DNA from: Lama guanicoe
Lineage: Eukaryota
DNA length: 28,569 nucleotides
Direction of reading: 5' to 3'
NCBI GenBank assembly: GCA_013239625.1
Contig: MU053304.1
Span: forward strand, 3,100,001 to 3,128,569
Under the pieces are notes generated by a model. The model made no database searches and was not told where the DNA came from. It saw only the letters and a list, made by a program, of their open reading frames with translations. A program made the translations under genes and the position numbers. Below, piece by piece: positions 21,998 to 28,569 of this stretch (the stretch's first letter is position 1; each line of letters begins with the position of its first letter).

Positions 21998-22049
21998 ATT
22001 TGGACACTGAACTTTGAAGACACAAAGTGTAGTGTCTGTCGCACTGGGG

Positions 22050-22250
22050 TTGGGAAGGTCAACTCTGAGGTCAGGTTGCTGGACTTGTTTCTTGATTCTC
22101 CAACTTCTTTGGGATCTTAGACAATTAACGTTCCAGTATCATTTTCTTCAACTGTACAATGGCAGTATTAACAGTATATACTTTGGAAGGTTTTTCTCAA
22201 GAATTGAGTCAAATGATACGTGTGAAATATTTAGAATTAAACCTGTAGCT
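22050..22250 (+). mobile_element. MIR SINE
   Basis: ttttcttcaactgtacaatggcag...gaattgagtcaaatgatacgtgtgaaa. Confidence 0.5.
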
Positions 22251-22444
22251 TTATGAGAGCCCAAAAATATTGGTGCAGAGATCCAAAAAAGGGTTAAGCA
22301 TTATGAAGGAAGTACTTGTGATACAGACTTGACTTTCTCTGTGGTTGGGAAAAGCACAGTCTTTGTGCTTGAATGTGCTGGGAGGGCTGATTTGGCAGGA
22401 CCATGCAGGAACCCTTAGTTCCCTCAGGGAGTTCCTCAGGGTTT

Positions 22445-22596
22445 GCTCTTGTTTTTTTGAAGTGTAGTTCATTTACAATCTTAGTTTCAGGTGTACAACA
22501 AAGCAATTCAGTTATACATAGACATACACATACGTACGTATATTTTCTTTTCAGATTCTTTTCCATTACATGTTATTACAAGATATTGAATAGAGT
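22445..22596 (-). mobile_element. Short L1 3' end with probable 9-bp TSD
   Basis: ttgaagtgtagttcatttacaat...ttacaagatattgaata; tcagggttt at 22436-22444 and 22597-22605. Confidence 0.75.
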
Positions 22597-22704
22597 TCAG
22601 GGTTTTAGCTCAGGTCTCGTCTCCCTCTGGAAACTGGGTCCTGTCCCTGTTCTCTCCTGAATAAGTCCTGTATTTTTTCTTACAATGTGTAGCCAGCCTT
22701 GAAA

Positions 22705-22880
22705 TACTAACAATGGCTAACATGCATTGAACATTTATTATGTCCCAAGCTCCATTCTAAGTGTTTTATATGTGTTACCACGTTTATGTTTCACCATAAC
22801 CCTGTGATTTAGGGTTTCTGGGTGCCAAGGTGTTATTATTTTCATCAGGAAACTGAAGTAGAGCAGGACCAGTCACACCC
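22705..22880 (-). mobile_element. MIR SINE
   Basis: aacaatggctaacatgcattgaacatttattatgtcc...ggaaactgaag. Confidence 0.6.
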
Positions 22881-23206
22881 TGGAGGTGGAGGCAGGAGGC
22901 ATCTCAGGTAGGATGACCCCAGACAGCGTCCTCTCACCTTTCACGTCCAGCTTTCCGTTCAAGTCCCAGCCCGAGGTCTGCCTTCTTCACAAAGCCTTTT
23001 CTTTCTTCACTATGTAAGTGGAAGTCATTTGGAACTCTTGGAACTTTTCTAAGTCTTAATATTCACTTGGAACTTAATCAGCCTGTACTTTGAGTCAACT
23101 CTTCCTTTATTGGACTATCAGTTAAACCTTTTTTCTTCCTAATTTGCCCAATTATTTCTGCTCATCTCCCTTATTAGTTTGGAATTACTTAGAAGTACAT
23201 TTCTTT

Positions 23207-23269
23207 TCTTTTTTTAATTGAAGTACAGTCGATTTACAATGTTGTGTTACTTTCTGGGGCACAGTGAAG
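23207..23269 (-). mobile_element. Extremely truncated L1 (~63 bp) with 12-bp TSD
   Basis: T-tract + aattgaagtacagtcgatttacaatgttgtgtt; gtacatttcttt at 23195-23206 and 23270-23281. Confidence 0.8.
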
Positions 23270-24314
23270 GTACATTTCTTTGTATCACCCATGCTGCCTG
23301 GCACGTAACGTGGGTTCGACAAATGTTTGTTGATTTGTTTGCTTTTGCTCAAGTGTTTACCTTTGGAAATAGAACTGGAAGCAGGAAGTTAATTGATAGA
23401 TGTGCTATGCAGTCTCCTATATTTAGATCAGCAACACCTGGTTATTTTTAGCTGGGATGCTTATGTGTCGGAGCCATGCTTTATGCAGGAATTTACTCTA
23501 CTGTCTAATGGGTTGCACATGTGAACGCCCTGTGGGGGTCCCAGTGACCTTCGTTGTACAAGTCGGCTGGTGGGGGTTTGGGATTATGGTCTATCCCCAT
23601 GGAGTAGAGCTGAGCTGATGGCCCCGTAGGTGGATGAATCTGAACACAGATAAACTTTGAATGAGTTTTGATCATTGCCCAATGTTCTTTTTTTTCCTTC
23701 TAATTTTGGTTAAAAAGTTCAAGAAAAGCAAATAACTCGTCAGACAGTATCTGTTTGGGGGTTAGTGTAGTCTTTGGGTAATTACTGGGATTCCTTCATT
23801 CTTTTGCAACGGAAAGTGTTGTCAGGGTTAAATATGATGGTTCAGGATCTATGGATGATCTCAGTTTGCTGTGTCTTTATCTCTTTAAACTCTAGCTGCC
23901 TTTTCTCAGTGTAACCAATCCTTTCCATCACCTCTTTGGCTCCGTGATGTGTCCCTAACAGACACCTGTTTTGTCGCCACGTCCCTCAACTTCTGGTGTT
24001 TCTTCTAGGGCGGTGTACAGAAGCTCTTTGCCCTTTCCTGGATGAAGGAAAGAGAGACAGATAACTTTTTTTGTAATGTAAGTGTTCTCTCATTTTTTTC
24101 ACTCACAAAATATAGGGGAAATGCAGTTATAATGTTCAAGATGAAGAGAAATAATTCAATTTCCTTTTAGACAAAAAGAAACCTTCATTTGTCGCTAATG
24201 CATTCCATATCAGGTCTACCCAGAGCAGATCTTCTGAATGAAGGTGTGTTAATGTCTCTCTCATTTTCTGAATACCTGGTGTGGAAGGTGGCTGCGAGGA
24301 TGAGGGAACATAAC

Positions 24315-25038
24315 ACAGCATTTCTCCACGCTTTTTTCAACTTGGCTTTCCACAAACAACCTTTGAGCACATGTATACATACAGGAATTTGCATTTTAGC
24401 CTAATGGTACGGAGGGCTGGTACAGAAATGGTGAGTGGTAACAAGTATGTGAGGGGAAGTTATAAAGTTGAAGAGCTTATTAAGCCAAAAAAAGTAATTG
24501 GAAAGCCATTTGGGTAATCACAACTTTTAATCAGTTCTACTCCCATGGTGTCGTTTACATTTAGGCAGTGGCTGTCCCAACTTGAACTTTGATTCTGCCG
24601 GTCGGGAGATGCTGACTTGTCTGTGGAGGCTTAGAGAAACGGTGAAGTGGGATTGCCAGGGGTCCCTTAAGATGAAGGCTGAGGAGCATTCTAACGAAAA
24701 CAAAAGCCAGTAAAGTCATTTTAAAGGAATACAGCATTTCTCCATGCTTTTCTCAACTTGGCTTTCCACAAACAACCTGTGAGTACACGTATACCAAAAA
24801 AAGTAATTGGAAAGTCATTTGGGTAATCACAACTTTTAATCAATTCTACTCCCATGATGTCGTTTACACTTAGGCAGTGACTGTCCCAACTTGAACTTTG
24901 ATTCTGCCAGTCGGGAGATGCTGACTTGTCTGTTGAGGCTTAGAGAAATGGTGAAGTGGGATTGCCAGGGGTCCCTTGAGATGAAGACTGAGGAGCATTC
25001 TAACGAAAACAAAAGCCAGTAAAGTCATTTTAAAGGAA
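24315..25038 (+). repeat. Local tandem duplication (copy A 24315-24729, copy B 24731-25038)
   Basis: About 15 mismatches in 308 aligned bp by manual count; 24379-24485 is absent from copy B. Confidence 0.95.
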
Positions 25039-26099
25039 AGGGGTCAGGCAACGAAGTGTGGGTCTGTGACAATGCCCGGTTACTAGCCACCTTTTGAATT
25101 CCAAGCTGTGGACCTATAATAATTGTTTCCCACTATGGACTCGTGACTGAGTCATGCAGAGAAGAGGCAATGAGAAAAATGCCTTGAGAGTCATGGAGAG
25201 TCCAGGGCAGGATTTAGGGACCGTGCAACAGAGTGTGGCATAAAGTGGGGGGAGGACGTTCTCTCCATTGCAGCAGAGTGACATCAGGGGAGGGTGACGT
25301 GGGTACAGATGTGGCCAGGATGTTGGCACTGGCAGAAACTACAACACAGCATGGTAGCTGGGGACAGTGGTGGGCTCCGTTGTGGTACAGCTTTGGCTTA
25401 GGACCTTTAACCAGTACCTGTAGGTGGTAGCACCCACCATGTGCTTTCGTGGTTTTTCCTGCTTATAAACCCTCAGAGCTGCATCACCACTGGCCAGGAA
25501 GACTGCCTGGGGTAGAGAGTGAAGCAAATGGAAGGGTCACTCCACAGGGCAGCTGAGCATTCTGTGTTCCTGAGCACGTGGTTCCCCCGGGAGCCTCGCA
25601 GAGTGATGGTTGTTGGGGCAGGAGGGCTTCGAAGAGGGTGAGAGGATCCGCATGGAACATAATGGTGGATTCATTTCAGCCAACTGATTAGCACATCAAC
25701 AACTGCTTACTGACCCCTTACTAAGTGGCTAAATAACAGATCTAGTAGAAGACTGTTTGCTGCTCTTAATGCGACCCCGTTTCCTCTCCTGCAGGGATGC
25801 TCCCTGGGGAATGCTCTATGCCTGGCTTATCACTCTTTCCCTCCCTCGCTTCCCCAGCCTTTGCCCACTGGGACCCGTACTCGATCTGGCCAAGACTGTT
25901 GCAGACACCTTGTAACTCATCCTCATCTTCAGTCTTACCTTCCCAAGTCCTGGTTCTGCTGTCACTTACCTTCCTGGAGCATGAATCCCAGTTCCTGTTA
26001 CCAAGTTGGGTACCTGGATCCACGGTCACCCGGACCAAGGTGCCAGGGTCCTAGCCCGGGCCGAGACTCCTTGTCTCAGCTGGCGAGGTTTATCTGCTT

Positions 26100-26520
26100 G
26101 GATTCGCACAGGCGCAAATGAAGCCGATGCCGAGGCTGGAACAGCACAAGCTTCAGCCCATGGCCAAAGAACGAAGTGGGAACTTAGTCCACAAATCAAC
26201 TTCTCAGTATTATTTGGGCTGAGACATCATACGAAGGAAGGTAAAGGTGAAAGGGAGGAAACTGAGTAAAAAGAGGGAGAAATATCATGACTTATCTGAG
26301 AATAGGGTGTGGTTTTGACTGGGAACTGAGGCAACGCATTTTTTAGTTCCTGTATGGGCTTTTCCGGTTGTTGTCAAGGCTCCCATCAACTGCCATGGCA
26401 CTGGTGGGTATGTTAGTGTTCCAGTGAGCGTATAATGAGGCTCAAGGTCTCCTGGATGTCAGGTCTTCCGCTGTCTCGGTTGGTTCTGACCAGTTCTTGT
26501 TTTTTCTCTTTGCATTTTCC
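26100..26520 (-). mobile_element. Probable ERV1-class LTR fragment
   Basis: actgccatggcactggtgggtatgtt...gtataatgagg...ggttggttctgaccagtt resembles ERV1 LTRs; family and limits uncertain. Confidence 0.4.
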
Positions 26521-28491
26521 TCCTTCCATAATTGAGCCTGAAACCCGGATAAGAGCAGTTACTTTCCATTCAAGGCAGGGGCAGGAGGTATGATTCTGGG
26601 GCAACAGCTTTGGTAGCATTCCCACTGACTTCCAAACTGCCAAAGCATCTTCAACGTGGTGCCCAAAGATTCCTACCTTTTGATTCCACCTGTGTTCCCA
26701 GGCTCTGCTCTGGCTGTTCTTAGCCTCCCACGCCTCCCCCAAGTCCCATCCTGTAAGTCCCCCCAGTAGGTCTACGGCAGGTGCTGCCTGACCACGCCTC
26801 ACGTTTTCCTGTCTCCAGTCTTTACTGAAGCTCTTACGCAGAAGACCTTCTCTTAGTCTTCCCAATTCCCCTTCTCTCACTTATACTCAAAATCAACCTT
26901 TCTCCCCCCATACCTCTAAGAAAGTCAATTTATAGGGTTATTCTGATTCTTGTCCTGTTGTATTAGAATTTTTTTAACATGCATTTTTTATCAGACTGAG
27001 AGCCTGTGGATTCATCTTGTTTTGTTCTCACAGTGCCCTGCAGAGTGACTTCCTTATAAGACAAGGCTAATTCAAGAGCTATTTATGAAGCTGAATACAT
27101 TGCCCCCTCCTCGGTTTACATGATGGGAAAGGATTAAGGTGCATGAAAGCAGAAGCTCATGTGCCCTTTTAATAAAAACAGACAAATCCTGAAGATGAGA
27201 GTGTTGGGAAGAACCGTATACTGGTTGAAGGCATGAAAGAAATCTTGCTTATGGCATTTTCCAGTACAGTCATTTAAGCAAATTTACTGTCTATCTGTGC
27301 TCTGTTACAGGACAGGAAAACTACCAAAGGAAATCATTACATTCCAAAATTTCAGCCAAAAAGTATCAACAGAAATGAATTGGCTGTTTTACGCAGGGGT
27401 TATCCTAGACGTGTAATGGCTAATGCCAGGTACGTGCAGGTGGGGTTCAGAGAGCTGTGCAGCGGGACCAGAGCACTAAACCACTTTATTCACTTTCTGG
27501 TTTGATAAATATTACACAGAAGTCATCTTCAAGACTTTTTTTTTTTTTAACAGTAACTAAAAACTTACCTGAAGAGAGCCCAGGGCTAAAGGCCAGATCG
27601 TAAGATTATTCCAGGGGAGTTGCAAGCTCCTCCCACTCAGGGTCCTGCAGGGGGCTGGGCGGACACCTGGCTTTCCTCAGCTGTGTGCTGCTCGGGCAGG
27701 CTCAGGGGACCTACCAAGAGCTTTTTTATATTCTGAGAAAGGTCAACAGAACCTGACTGCCTTCACTGCTTACCTCTAACAGGAAAGGGTGGTCTGTGCA
27801 GGGACAGACAATTAAGAGCAACCATTTCAAGTAAGCGTTCCACAGGGGACTGGTCCCTGACCACCCTGGAGACACATGGCTGTTGGAAATGTCTTTAGGT
27901 TGTCCTTTCTTAAGAGGCTGCTGATAGCAGAAGTGTCCTTGAATTTGGCAGGTGGCTTGGGGACGTTCTGTCCAGGATGTGCTTCTATCATCCAGCTCAA
28001 CGCAGAGGATGCTCCAGAGTAGCCCTGATAACACAGTATCCTCTCTCCTCTGAATCAGAGCCCTGACCGACGTGACAGGATGAGGAATTACCCAGGGATG
28101 AAATAACACTTTCCCCTTCGACTTTCAGAATACTCTCCTCTATCTAAAGTGATGTTTCCCAGCTTAGTAAAAGGTTATAAATGGTGTAGGAATGAAAAAA
28201 TCTTTGTCCTGGGCTGAGATGGCTGAGAGATGTAAAAGTGGCCAAGGGAAATTCTGACCCGCTCAGACGCTGACAATCACCAGAAAAGAAAAGGGGGTTA
28301 ATAGTCATTTCCTGTTCTGTTTTAAAGAGGGCTTTAAATAGACAAGTGAGAGCTAAATTTAGCAAATATTTTAAGTGGGAAGGATCCATGAAGGAAGTGC
28401 ACAAAGGCCATGTGAGGTTCTGCTGTGGATACTTGCATCAGCAACAGGGAAGTGGCCTTGAGCCTTAGGCCAATCCTGTGCCCAGAGTTGC

Positions 28492-28499
28492 TATATAAG
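28492..28499 (+). promoter_or_regulatory. TATA box (TATATAAG) of gene 3; predicted TSS ~28523
   Basis: Same motif and spacing as gene 2; a CCAAT also occurs at 28470-28474. Confidence 0.8.
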
Positions 28500-28522
28500 C
28501 CCCCACCCCAGCAGGAGGCGGC

Positions 28523-28569
28523 ATCAGACGTCCCTCACCTCCTGAGTCTCCGTCCTCCCCTCTCCTGAG
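28523..28569 (+). other. 5'UTR of a third SCYGR-like gene, truncated by the window end (ATG expected about 17 nt beyond it)
   Basis: 47 nt identical to 16837-16883 (gene 2 5'UTR), preceded by TATATAA at the same 31-nt spacing. Confidence 0.85.

Noticed and set aside
26413..26880. 155-aa minus-strand ORF (and the 127-aa ORF at 27726-28109)
   Set aside because: Non-ATG starts, no recognisable motif or splice support; the first overlaps a probable LTR.

Overview
Mammalian (non-primate, non-rodent eutherian) genomic DNA, mostly old interspersed repeats (MLT1 LTRs, L1, L2, MIR, hAT elements). I saw no Alu, B1/B2, SINEC, Bov-tA/BovB or PRE-1, and the young L1 3' ends look cetartiodactyl, so a camelid is plausible; this is inference only. 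The functional core is a cluster of intronless small Cys/Gly-repeat hair-protein genes (SCYGR/KRTAP28-like): gene 1 at 14853-15179 (-), gene 2 at 16901-17194 (+) arranged head-to-head, and the promoter plus 5'UTR of a third copy cut off at the right edge (28492-28569). Paralog identity is nearly perfect from the predicted TSS to the stop codon and drops sharply outside, which suggests gene conversion. The three promoters keep a shared upstream module, and a perfect TCF/LEF site lies between the divergent genes. Also present: a twin-primed (5'-inverted) L1, several short L1 insertions with target-site duplications, a local tandem duplication at 24315-25038, and unidentified exon-like segments on the minus strand at the left. 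All calls and counts were made by eye; repeat subfamily names and boundaries are approximate. No prokaryote-type system (CRISPR, IS, operon) is present.
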